The translations under genes and the position numbers were made by a program. From positions 15,805-79,804 of the forward strand of contig JAHBAT020000005.1 in NCBI GenBank assembly GCA_018499985.2: a stretch of 64,000 bases of DNA, in the 5' to 3' direction. Below are positions 19,560 to 27,855 of this stretch, piece after piece (the first letter of the stretch is position 1; each line of letters starts with the position of its first letter). Origin of the DNA: Candidatus Moraniibacteriota bacterium. Lineage in GTDB: Bacteria > Patescibacteriota > Minisyncoccia > Moranbacterales > UBA1568. Under the pieces are notes generated by a model that saw only the letters and a program-made list of their open reading frames with translations, ran no database searches and had not been told where the DNA came from.

Positions 19560-20096
19560 ATGCGTCTTGGTCGTTTTGAAAACGAAATCATGGCTGGAAT
19601 TCTCTACGCCATGACCAAGGACTATGGCTATACCTGGCCTCTGTCCAACGAGGACATCGATACCTTCCTCCAGAAAGCACACACTGCCTACAGGGAGGAA
19701 GCAGCAATCAAGCAGCGGCTCTGTCAGAAGTATGCCTGCCGGTACAAGCCGATTTATGCACAGCGCATTCGTCGCTGGCAGTATCTGAGCTGGGCCACCT
19801 TCGGCCTTGCTAATCTGTTTGGCCTCAACAAGAAGCCCCTCTCCTGGGAGGAGGGTATCTACCGGCGTGCCTCTGCCTTCACCAAGAAATTGGTGCCGGA
19901 GAAGTATGCGGTCATGATTGACCACTTCGGCGTCGGCCAGGGCTACGGATCGGGAATTATCGGCATCCGCGACCTCGGAGGTCTCAAGGTGGACACCCAC
20001 GATGACGGGTATTCCCTCTCTCTGCTTCCGCCCCTGGAGCGACTCTTCGAAAGCTGGGGGCAGCGGGAGTGGCGACATCTGGAGACCGCTCACTAG
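19560..20096 (+). CDS. hypothetical protein (GC-rich cassette 1)
   Basis: 178 aa with balanced composition (MRLGRFENEIMAGILYAMTKDYGYTWPLSNEDIDTFLQK...). It has its own promoter and RBS. The overlapping minus-strand 200-aa ORF looks like an antisense artefact. Confidence 0.6.
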   Translation: MRLGRFENEIMAGILYAMTKDYGYTWPLSNEDIDTFLQKAHTAYREEAAIKQRLCQKYACRYKPIYAQRIRRWQYLSWATFGLANLFGLNKKPLSWEEGIYRRASAFTKKLVPEKYAVMIDHFGVGQGYGSGIIGIRDLGGLKVDTHDDGYSLSLLPPLERLFESWGQREWRHLETAH

Positions 20097-20110
20097 ACAA
20101 TAACTTGGGA

Positions 20111-20136
20111 AGGGGCTGTGCAACAACGCAGCCCCT
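20111..20136 (+). other. GC-rich stem-loop AGGGGCTG-N10-CAGCCCCT downstream of cassette-1 gene
   Basis: 8-bp perfect stem. No adjacent T-run on either strand. The same stem sequence recurs at 34488-34519. Confidence 0.6.
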
Positions 20137-20145
20137 ACCCTACCA

Positions 20146-20174
20146 AAAACACGAAGCCGAAAGGCTGTTTTTTA
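20146..20174. terminator. weak bidirectional intrinsic terminator candidate
   Basis: AGCC-GAAA-GGCT hairpin (20155-20166) flanked by an A-run and a T-run. It lies between the convergent 19560 gene and miaB. Confidence 0.3.
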
Positions 20175-20196
20175 TTATCAAAAAATATACTCCTCC

Positions 20197-21369
20197 TTAA
20201 GAATCATGAGCATTGGCTTTTTCAAAACCCTGAAAACACACTGCATCAAGCTCATGATAGCGACGCTGCTTGTCTTCAATTGAGACATCATCTTCCATGC
20301 CTACCGCCGCCTTGGTACCGGGGCGAGGTGAATACCAGGCAATAAAGGTCTGACGAAATCCTACCTCTTTAGCTAGACTGATACTTTCTTGAAATTGCTC
20401 TTCTGTCTCCCCTGGAAAACCTACGATGATATCGGTAGTAAATTCTACCTCAGGGATAGCTGTCCGTATACGTTCTATAAGTGCCAGATACTCTTCTCGG
20501 GTATACCAACGATTCATCCGCTTTAGAACTTCATTACTTCCCGCCTGCACTGGAAGATGAATTACCCTATCAATATTCTTGTTGACTCGTATCACTTCGA
20601 TAAGCTCATCACTAAAGTCCCATGGGTTTGATGCTAAGAAACGCACCTTACGCACTCCAGGCACATGCGCTACTGCTTCAAGAAGTTGTGGAAACATAGT
20701 CGGAATCCGATGACGATTCAGGTGCTTAACCATAATGGGTTCGATAAACTTACCACTTGGCAGCTGATATTTTTCATCTTTTGCGATCAGTGGCATTAAA
20801 ATATCAGCGCCATAAGAATTGACATTCTGACCCAAAAGCATAATCTCATCATGACCATCTGACACTGACTGCTCTACTTCAGAAAGAATTTCATCAAAAG
20901 CCCTTGAGCGCTCCTTGCCACGTGCAAAGGGTACAATACAAAAAGCACAGAAGTTATTGCAACCATTAGAAATTACTATGGAAGCCATCTTCCCCTCCTT
21001 ACGCTTCGGCTCATGTTCAAATCCCACATCTTCCAGCGGGAGAATTTCCGCCTCTGGCAAACGCTTCGTAAGACGCTTCATCATTTTGCCACTTGGCTCG
21101 CGTGCCGCCGACCCAATGAGGCAGCCCGTCACTACTACATGAGGCATAGCTCTTCCTGCTTCTTCTTGGCGCGCTTTTAAGCTACGGATAAAGCCATAGA
21201 CTTTTTCCTCTGCCTTATCTCGAATCACACAGGTATTGAGGACAATCGTATCCGCATCTTCGATACTCGCTGCTTCTGTGTAGCCACGAGATTCATAGTA
21301 GCTTGCCATACGCTCAGAATCAGCAACATTTTGCTGGCAGCCAAAAGTTTTAATAAAATACGTACTCAT
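20197..21369 (-). CDS. miaB: MiaB-family radical SAM methylthiotransferase lacking a TRAM domain
   Basis: FGCQQNVADSE MTTase N-domain and CNNFCAFCIVP radical-SAM CxxxCxxC. The protein ends about 25 aa after YSPRPGT, so no TRAM segment is visible. Confidence 0.85.
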   Translation of the reverse strand: MSTYFIKTFGCQQNVADSERMASYYESRGYTEAASIEDADTIVLNTCVIRDKAEEKVYGFIRSLKARQEEAGRAMPHVVVTGCLIGSAAREPSGKMMKRLTKRLPEAEILPLEDVGFEHEPKRKEGKMASIVISNGCNNFCAFCIVPFARGKERSRAFDEILSEVEQSVSDGHDEIMLLGQNVNSYGADILMPLIAKDEKYQLPSGKFIEPIMVKHLNRHRIPTMFPQLLEAVAHVPGVRKVRFLASNPWDFSDELIEVIRVNKNIDRVIHLPVQAGSNEVLKRMNRWYTREEYLALIERIRTAIPEVEFTTDIIVGFPGETEEQFQESISLAKEVGFRQTFIAWYSPRPGTKAAVGMEDDVSIEDKQRRYHELDAVCFQGFEKANAHDS

Positions 21370-21917
21370 TATATTTGTGCCAATACTTCTTGTAGTTTTT
21401 GCTTGAGCTCTTCAAGAGTACCATTATTTTCAATCGTGATATCGGCTTGCTTACGAAGCTTGGGTACTTCTTGGTCAATAGGCGCATTGCAAAGTACGAG
21501 GTATTCTTCCCATGTAAGTTTATCTTCATTAGGCTTTTCGTTGCGCTCTTTCATGCGTGCATAAGCTTTTTCTGAAGCAGTTTCTACAGCAATAAGGAGA
21601 TGCTTTGGAAAACTTCGCACAAACAAAAAGTCTTCCTCGCGACGAATTGAAGGTATCACGAAATACTTTGCTGTTGATTTTTCAATTTTCTGGTAAATAC
21701 GCTCATGTATCCACTCTGGGCGAATAGCATTGCCGATAAACTGTAGATTGGTATGTGTCGGCTCAATGCCAAGTGGCGCACAGTATTCATCAATAATAAG
21801 ACGACTAAATGAGAGTATCTCAACTGACTCATGGAGCACCTCTGGAAGAAGCCTTGCTATCGTATCTTTACCCGTGCCTGGACCCCCTACTATTCCAATG
21901 ACATATCTATTGATCAT
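21369..21917 (-). CDS. P-loop nucleotide/nucleoside kinase-like protein
   Basis: IGIVGGPGTGKDT Walker A. 182 aa. Specificity unclear. Confidence 0.5.
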   Translation of the reverse strand: MINRYVIGIVGGPGTGKDTIARLLPEVLHESVEILSFSRLIIDEYCAPLGIEPTHTNLQFIGNAIRPEWIHERIYQKIEKSTAKYFVIPSIRREEDFLFVRSFPKHLLIAVETASEKAYARMKERNEKPNEDKLTWEEYLVLCNAPIDQEVPKLRKQADITIENNGTLEELKQKLQEVLAQI

Positions 21918-22987
21918 ACTTTTGTTTTTACTTTACTATTTTCTACTACCAATTGACCGCAAGCAGCAGCGATATCATCACCCATCGTACGACGTCTTGT
22001 GACCAAGACTTCAGCTTCACGAAGCTCACTTTCAAAACGAGCAAAATCTGCTGGAAGACTATCCCTATAGACCTCTCCTGTAAAGTTATATGGGATGAGA
22101 TTGATACGAACTTTGCCGACTCGACGAGCAAAACGAATCAATGCCTTGGCATGCTCACTAGTATCATTGACCTTAGATAGCATAACATATTCGAAGGTCA
22201 GGTGCCGACGACGGCTCGCGAACTTCGCAAAATATTTTTCAGTCCATTCGTAGAGCTTATCTAGAAATTGTGGATATGAACTTGGCATAATATCCGTACG
22301 GGTTTTTGGATCAGCGCTATGAAGCGAAACCGCTAGGCGAACTGGCGGCCAAGTTTCATCGTTTAAAATCTGTGTAAGCATAGGGATAAGACCTACTGTA
22401 GAAACAGTAATTCGAGTAGGCCCAATTTCTGTATGTTTAAGAATAGTTTGAATAGTTTCCTTTACATTTTTGTAATTTGCTAGAGGTTCTCCCATGCCCA
22501 TAAAAACAATATTGGTAATGCGCTCTGGCAGTTCAGGACGATCCTCAAGGAACATCATCCAAAAACGGTATTGATCAACTATTTCATCTACCGTGAGGTT
22601 ACGAGTGAAGCCCATGGTACCTGTAGCACAAAAGGTACATGCCATAGCGCACCCAATCTGTGACGATACACAAAGTGTCCAGTGTCCCCGAGCATTCTGC
22701 ATAAGGACTGATTCTATCTCCTTATTATCATGAAGAGTCATGATGGCTTTGTAGGTATCGCCCTTTTTGGCTGAAAGCACCCTAACTCCCTTCAAAGAAA
22801 GCCAAGGACAATTCTTGAGCGCTTCCCTATCTCCCTTAGAAAGAGTGGTGATATCTTGTACTGAGCGAAATCCAGGGGTAAAAAAAGCAGCCTCAAACTG
22901 TCTCAAACGATAGCTTGGGCTTTTAGGAAAAATTTCTTCAAAATAGCGAGTGCGACTTTCTATAACCATAGCACTGTATTTTGCCAT
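21914..22987 (-). CDS. rlmN: 23S rRNA/tRNA (adenine-C2)-methyltransferase
   Basis: CVSSQIGCAMACTFCATG radical-SAM motif, GMGEPLAN and a C-terminal AACGQL. Confidence 0.9.
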   Translation of the reverse strand: MAKYSAMVIESRTRYFEEIFPKSPSYRLRQFEAAFFTPGFRSVQDITTLSKGDREALKNCPWLSLKGVRVLSAKKGDTYKAIMTLHDNKEIESVLMQNARGHWTLCVSSQIGCAMACTFCATGTMGFTRNLTVDEIVDQYRFWMMFLEDRPELPERITNIVFMGMGEPLANYKNVKETIQTILKHTEIGPTRITVSTVGLIPMLTQILNDETWPPVRLAVSLHSADPKTRTDIMPSSYPQFLDKLYEWTEKYFAKFASRRRHLTFEYVMLSKVNDTSEHAKALIRFARRVGKVRINLIPYNFTGEVYRDSLPADFARFESELREAEVLVTRRRTMGDDIAAACGQLVVENSKVKTKV

Positions 22988-23023
22988 GCTTTGGCAAAGT
23001 CGTCAACTCTTATGCCGACAAAA

Positions 23024-23362
23024 CTACTGCTTAATTACTGGCTCTCCGGTAAAAAGATTTCTATCAATAGGACTTTCTTCATTATGCTTACTTTCTCTTT
23101 CTTTCAAAGAAGCAAGGAGCTTATCAAATTCTTTTTGTTTCAGATTTGTTTCTTTGGTGACCGTCTCCATGTATGACTTCTTTTGTTCATCATTCCAATG
23201 AAAATTATAGAGACTTTGATACCAAATAAATGACCCCCATCCTATAACAGCAAGGAAAAGTAACGCAAAAATAACCTTAAAATAACGATACCATGCCAAA
23301 GTTAGTTTCCGTAAAGAAAAGCGCTCTAACTTGATTTGTATTTCTTGTAGTGAAATATTCAT
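23024..23362 (-). CDS. small membrane protein of the pilus cluster (function unknown)
   Basis: Start set at ATG 23362, preceded by a TAAGGAGAG RBS. One TM (VIFALLFLAVIGWGSFIW). Directly downstream of the pilO-like gene. Confidence 0.45.
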   Translation of the reverse strand: MNISLQEIQIKLERFSLRKLTLAWYRYFKVIFALLFLAVIGWGSFIWYQSLYNFHWNDEQKKSYMETVTKETNLKQKEFDKLLASLKERESKHNEESPIDRNLFTGEPVIKQ

Positions 23363-23369
23363 ACTCTCC

Positions 23370-24137
23370 TTATTTCTTGGCAATATAGATAACCGTATCA
23401 AAAACCGCTTCCAATTGTGGAGAGATTGGAGCTGCAATCTCAGGTGCAACCTCTCCGTCTTTTTTCTCTTCTGAAGGTACTACCTCACCCTCCGCTACAA
23501 ATGGACTTACTGAGCGTACATCTCCCTGTCCAATATTATCACTACGGATTGGCTGACGTACCTCTACGCCAAGTACATCTAGAGCAACAGGCAATGTCTC
23601 TAACTCATGAAGAAAGGCAACGATTTCCGTGTAATCCCCTTTTACGGTAAGTGTCAGACGTAAGTAGTCTGGATATGGCAACGGATTTGTCAGTGTTTTT
23701 TTAGTAGCTTCTTTATTGGTATCTTCTGAATCGGTATCCCCTGTTTTTTCAGAGGTTTTCTCTGTGGCCGAAGAGGATTTTTTCTTTACTAAGTCTTCAA
23801 ACTTTGCGGTGTTTGACTGAATAGAGATCTCTGTCCCAGTCTGACTAGCCAATGCTTCAATAGTTTGAATAAGCGCCACCATGCGATTCTCAGTCAAAAG
23901 AATATCGAAGTAACGCTCCTCATTTAAGACTTTCTCATACTGACTTCTTATTTCTGGCAGACGCTTAATCTGTCTCTCCTGATTCTCTTTGTGAGCTACT
24001 TCTTTTTGAATATCATCACGAAGACTCATTATCTTTTGATACATTGGCACGATGCCAAACCAAAGAGTAGCTCCCATGGTGCTTATCATAAGAAGTAAGC
24101 TAATAACAAAGCTATATTTTTTCAAAAAATTTCTCAT
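23370..24137 (-). CDS. pilO: PilO-like type IV pilus assembly protein
   Basis: N-terminal TM plus coiled coil. ATG 24137 overlaps the pilN stop in an ATGA overlap (the ORF track start 24158 is also possible). Positioned after pilM-pilN. Confidence 0.6.
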   Translation of the reverse strand: MRNFLKKYSFVISLLLMISTMGATLWFGIVPMYQKIMSLRDDIQKEVAHKENQERQIKRLPEIRSQYEKVLNEERYFDILLTENRMVALIQTIEALASQTGTEISIQSNTAKFEDLVKKKSSSATEKTSEKTGDTDSEDTNKEATKKTLTNPLPYPDYLRLTLTVKGDYTEIVAFLHELETLPVALDVLGVEVRQPIRSDNIGQGDVRSVSPFVAEGEVVPSEEKKDGEVAPEIAAPISPQLEAVFDTVIYIAKK

Positions 24138-24706
24138 AATTGATTCTTGTGCAGACAATCAAAAGTCAAAGTAAAATCAAGTTGAAAATCCAGATTTTTC
24201 TGAGAAAAGAGATTCGAAAGAGGGACGTTCACATTTTCTATACAAGATGATTTTTTGAGCTGTTCCTCAAAAGAAAGTAGATTTTCTCGTGTTTCTGCAG
24301 TTCCAATAAGAGTCACTACACGATCCTTGGTCATCATCTGCTTTAGGAGAACTTCTTTTGGGAGAGTTGTATCCAGAACACGAAAGAGCTGACTAAAATA
24401 CACATGATTCATCTGTATCTTCCCTACTACTCCCAGAGCTTCATTGATACCAAGAAATTTATCCTCATACTGCCTCAAGGATGCCGAATCAGTCTGAGTA
24501 GCAAGGCTCGAGTTTTCTGAAAGAAACTTGCGGCTTTCGAGCTCTACAGAAAGAAGTACACCTACTGTTATCAAAATACCTAAGAATAAAAGCTCCAAAA
24601 GAAAAAGCATAAAAAATTGCCACAATAAAATCCGACCGTGCAAACCACGTTCGATAAGACGCTTCTTTTCTTCTGGGAGGAGGTTAAGTAAAATCTTCAT
24701 ATTCAT
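24134..24706 (-). CDS. pilN: PilN-like type IV pilus assembly protein
   Basis: 190 aa with NLLPEEKK followed by a TM segment, as in PilN/fimbrial assembly proteins. Follows pilM. Confidence 0.6.
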   Translation of the reverse strand: MNMKILLNLLPEEKKRLIERGLHGRILLWQFFMLFLLELLFLGILITVGVLLSVELESRKFLSENSSLATQTDSASLRQYEDKFLGINEALGVVGKIQMNHVYFSQLFRVLDTTLPKEVLLKQMMTKDRVVTLIGTAETRENLLSFEEQLKKSSCIENVNVPLSNLFSQKNLDFQLDFTLTFDCLHKNQL

Positions 24707-25778
24707 CTAAGCCACGGAGTGCAAGACCGATAGCAGTTGAGTATTGAGTTGAATGATCATGATCAATAATAGGAAGACGCTTACCAAAATTAAGATTTAT
24801 CCAAGGATTTCCCACTTCTACTGGACGACCTAATCTTTTCGCCATATAGGGAAGAAGCCCATGCATATTAGAGCCCCCTCCGCAAAAAACAATATGCTCA
24901 ATTTTCTGTGAGTAGGCATATGTACTCAGAAAAAAATCTATAGATTTTTCAATTTCTACTGCAATGCTCTCTAAGATAGGCTCTGCCGCAAGAAAGACAG
25001 GACTTTTTTCTGCCAGCGAACCAAGCCCATTCTTGATTTTCATAACCTCCGCTTGCTCAAAAGAAATCTGTAGTGACTTAGAAATAGCCTCAGTAATCAT
25101 TTGTGAAGAAAGTGGTACACTTGAAGTAAAACAAGGTGTGTTACCAATAGCAATCAAGAAGCTCGATCGACGGTCACCAATATCTACAATCAGGGTTGTT
25201 TTTTTCTCTTCTTTTTCAAGAAGAAGACTCCTAGCTTCAGCAATTGACTCCGTCTCAAGTCCGACAGGATCAAGACCTGCTCCTTCAAGCACTTCTCGAA
25301 ATTGATCTACATTACTCCGAGAGACAGCCACTACCAGTACGCTCATCTTATCTTTTTCATTTGTCAGGTTCAAATTCAAAATCTGCCAATCATAATACAC
25401 TTGATCAAGTGTCAGTGGTATATTGGCTTCTATTTCCCACTTGATAGCTTCTTGCACTTCATCCTCTTTCATCTTTGGAAGGCTAATGATACGCAAAAAA
25501 GCCTTCGTCTCTGGCAAAGAGCAAATTACTTTCTTTGTGGTTATCTTTTTTGGACCTGATTTCTTAAGAAGGGTACGGATTGCCTCTTCTACTATCTCTG
25601 GATTAACAATTTCACCATCCATAATAGCGCCGGCTGGAAGAGGCACAGAACCATAGCTGCGTATCACGTCCCTGTTTCCTTCATGCTCAAGCCAGACCGC
25701 CTTGACTGAAAGGTCTGAAAGATCTAATCCAAAAGAACTCGGAAAAAGATTAATAATTTTTTTCTGAAAAATACTCAT
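24684..25778 (-). CDS. pilM: type IV pilus assembly ATPase-fold protein PilM
   Basis: 364 aa actin-like fold with GLDLSDLSVKAV at the N-terminus and CGGGSNMHGL near the C-terminus. Confidence 0.85.
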   Translation of the reverse strand: MSIFQKKIINLFPSSFGLDLSDLSVKAVWLEHEGNRDVIRSYGSVPLPAGAIMDGEIVNPEIVEEAIRTLLKKSGPKKITTKKVICSLPETKAFLRIISLPKMKEDEVQEAIKWEIEANIPLTLDQVYYDWQILNLNLTNEKDKMSVLVVAVSRSNVDQFREVLEGAGLDPVGLETESIAEARSLLLEKEEKKTTLIVDIGDRRSSFLIAIGNTPCFTSSVPLSSQMITEAISKSLQISFEQAEVMKIKNGLGSLAEKSPVFLAAEPILESIAVEIEKSIDFFLSTYAYSQKIEHIVFCGGGSNMHGLLPYMAKRLGRPVEVGNPWINLNFGKRLPIIDHDHSTQYSTAIGLALRGLDEYEDFT

Positions 25779-25814
25779 TTTTATTTTTCTCTTTTTTTCT
25801 ATAATAGCACGACT

Positions 25815-27227
25815 TTAAAACTCTTCCCATAAATCCATCTCGTACTGAGTGCCCGTAGGAAAGTATGGCGGCGGACAATACAGAAGATTATTGTCATAAT
25901 ATAGATTACGAGTGGCATAACCCGTACCATCAGTCCAAGCAAAACCATAGCGCTCGTTGGTAGCCATAGCCCCATAAATAGTAATCGTTGTTTTATAGAG
26001 ATTTCCACCTCCACCTGTATAATGAGCTCTACCTACCCTACCTTCTTGCGCAATAAGAGCAGCATCTATACGCAAGTCATCTTCGCTGGCCCGAAAAATC
26101 TCAACATCATTTTGTCCGATGATACCTATAATGTCACTACCATCATAATTTGTATAACGAATATCATTACCTATATACACCGTTTTCTTTGCCGCAGAAA
26201 TTAAATTAGCGCCCACAATAGTCACTCTTCTTCCATTAACCGCGCCCGATATCCACACGTTATTTTCCACAAAAATAACTCCATCATCTGGTATAGCGTA
26301 GTTTGCCCAAGCGCCTGAGTAATTATTTATCTGATTTGTAGCAGCATTAAAACTCTGCACATTACGCACATCAAAAGTATCGTCTGTTTTCAAAATAATA
26401 TGCCATCCTTGATGAGTATTTGCAAAATAACGACTGCCACTTGTGCCTGCCTGTGCCACTGACTTCATATTACTTAGATCACCCAGCACTCCATTGAAAT
26501 CCACAGAGGCAACCGGGAAAGATCTTCCTCCTTCAAAGATATCTGATCTATCAGGGACTGCTGCTGGAGGTAACGGATCTGTTGGGCTATCATGAGTATG
26601 CACTCCAAATTCATCCCCTCCTGTATGGTCAGGGTCATTATACGTAGCCACTGAGCTTGATACTAAGTTATGAGCTATACCATCAAAACGAATACCTTGA
26701 TTCGAATGAATCTTACCAAAAGTTTCCGTGCCTGCACCAAAACGAAGAAAATCATTAGCCAGTACAATATCTTCACTCCAAGCTGGTTTACGGAAGCGTA
26801 CCTCTATAATGCGCTTGTCATTAGGATAGCGATACGTCCAGCCAGTTGATTTTACTGTCACAATACTTGAATACCCACTTGGTGGAGTAACTTCAAGCTT
26901 GTATTTTCCAATCAGCTCTCCTGATGGATCACGGTAATCTACTTCATACGGGGTAGCAACACCTTGCGGGGTCCCTGCCCAAAAAGCCGCTACCTGAGAA
27001 GCAGTACGACCCTCCACTTGATGAGCCAGGTACCATCGATAATACTGAATACCTGATTCTGCTATCTGAAAACCCTGTTCACGAGCATGTATCTGTAAAG
27101 CATACTTGGTATTACTCACTACAAAACCAATAATAGAGGTCAGTACAATAGCCACCACCATCATAATGATAAGTCCGTAAACAAGCGCGGCACCCTTCTG
27201 TTTTTGTTTTAGAAATACTTTACTCAT
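25815..27227 (-). CDS. PilX-like large minor-pilin/pilus-associated protein
   Basis: Basic N-terminus then a hydrophobic helix (KGAALVYGLIIMMVVAIVLTSIIGFV). 470 aa. Overlaps the upstream pilin gene. Confidence 0.55.
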   Translation of the reverse strand: MSKVFLKQKQKGAALVYGLIIMMVVAIVLTSIIGFVVSNTKYALQIHAREQGFQIAESGIQYYRWYLAHQVEGRTASQVAAFWAGTPQGVATPYEVDYRDPSGELIGKYKLEVTPPSGYSSIVTVKSTGWTYRYPNDKRIIEVRFRKPAWSEDIVLANDFLRFGAGTETFGKIHSNQGIRFDGIAHNLVSSSVATYNDPDHTGGDEFGVHTHDSPTDPLPPAAVPDRSDIFEGGRSFPVASVDFNGVLGDLSNMKSVAQAGTSGSRYFANTHQGWHIILKTDDTFDVRNVQSFNAATNQINNYSGAWANYAIPDDGVIFVENNVWISGAVNGRRVTIVGANLISAAKKTVYIGNDIRYTNYDGSDIIGIIGQNDVEIFRASEDDLRIDAALIAQEGRVGRAHYTGGGGNLYKTTITIYGAMATNERYGFAWTDGTGYATRNLYYDNNLLYCPPPYFPTGTQYEMDLWEEF

Positions 27228-27852
27228 ACCCGTGCAGGTTACGTAAATCTACGAATGATTCAATATTTATATTTTCTGGAGCATGCACTGGATCAATATT
27301 GACCTTGAGCCACATCTTAATAAGCTGAATATTCCCCAAACTTGCTGGTGTAGCCAAGGGGTTGTTAGTCGTATCCCCTGGATAATCATCATTATAGTAT
27401 GAAAAAACCGGTTCTGTACTCTCGTTTGTAATAAATTGAGCTAACGTAGTAGTTGTGGTATCGCCAGCTGGATAGGTTACTGGTGTACCGGCATTAGGAT
27501 CAGTCACACCTCTTTTAAAGGTATCCGTAGCGAGGTCTAGATAGTAATGTACCCGTTCAGTGACGCCGTCATCATCAATATCAGTGTAAATAGTAAGATC
27601 GAAATCATCAGCTTCCTCTATGGGGTAGTCTCCATTATCCGCCTGCTTGATAGCTCGTAACTGTATGATAGTTCTATTTACCGCTCTTGAAGCTGTAGTT
27701 GAGGCTAGACCCATTTCTATAATACTTTTGTTGCTATCCCAAGAGCGTACCAGCATATATGTAAAGCCTTCTGTCACTATAATCATCACTGCAATAGCTA
27801 CAAGCATCTCAATGAGGGTCATTCCTTTTCGGCGTAAGCGTATTTTTTTCAT
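27220..27852 (-). CDS. type IV pilin-like protein (prepilin N-terminal cleavage/methylation domain)
   Basis: MKKIRLRRKG/MTLIEMLVAIAVMIIV is a class III signal peptide with Glu at +5. Confidence 0.75.
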   Translation of the reverse strand: MKKIRLRRKGMTLIEMLVAIAVMIIVTEGFTYMLVRSWDSNKSIIEMGLASTTASRAVNRTIIQLRAIKQADNGDYPIEEADDFDLTIYTDIDDDGVTERVHYYLDLATDTFKRGVTDPNAGTPVTYPAGDTTTTTLAQFITNESTEPVFSYYNDDYPGDTTNNPLATPASLGNIQLIKMWLKVNIDPVHAPENINIESFVDLRNLHGYE

Positions 27853-27855
27853 AGC

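Noticed and set aside
19524-20126. 200-aa minus-strand ORF overlapping the 19560-20096 gene
   Set aside because: Its composition (L/G/P/V-rich, no charged balance) is typical of the antisense frame of a GC-rich gene. It has no promoter or RBS, whereas the plus-strand ORF has both.
25799-26014. 71-aa minus-strand ORF nested in the PilX-like gene
   Set aside because: It is an alternative frame inside a much longer coherent ORF and has no independent signals.
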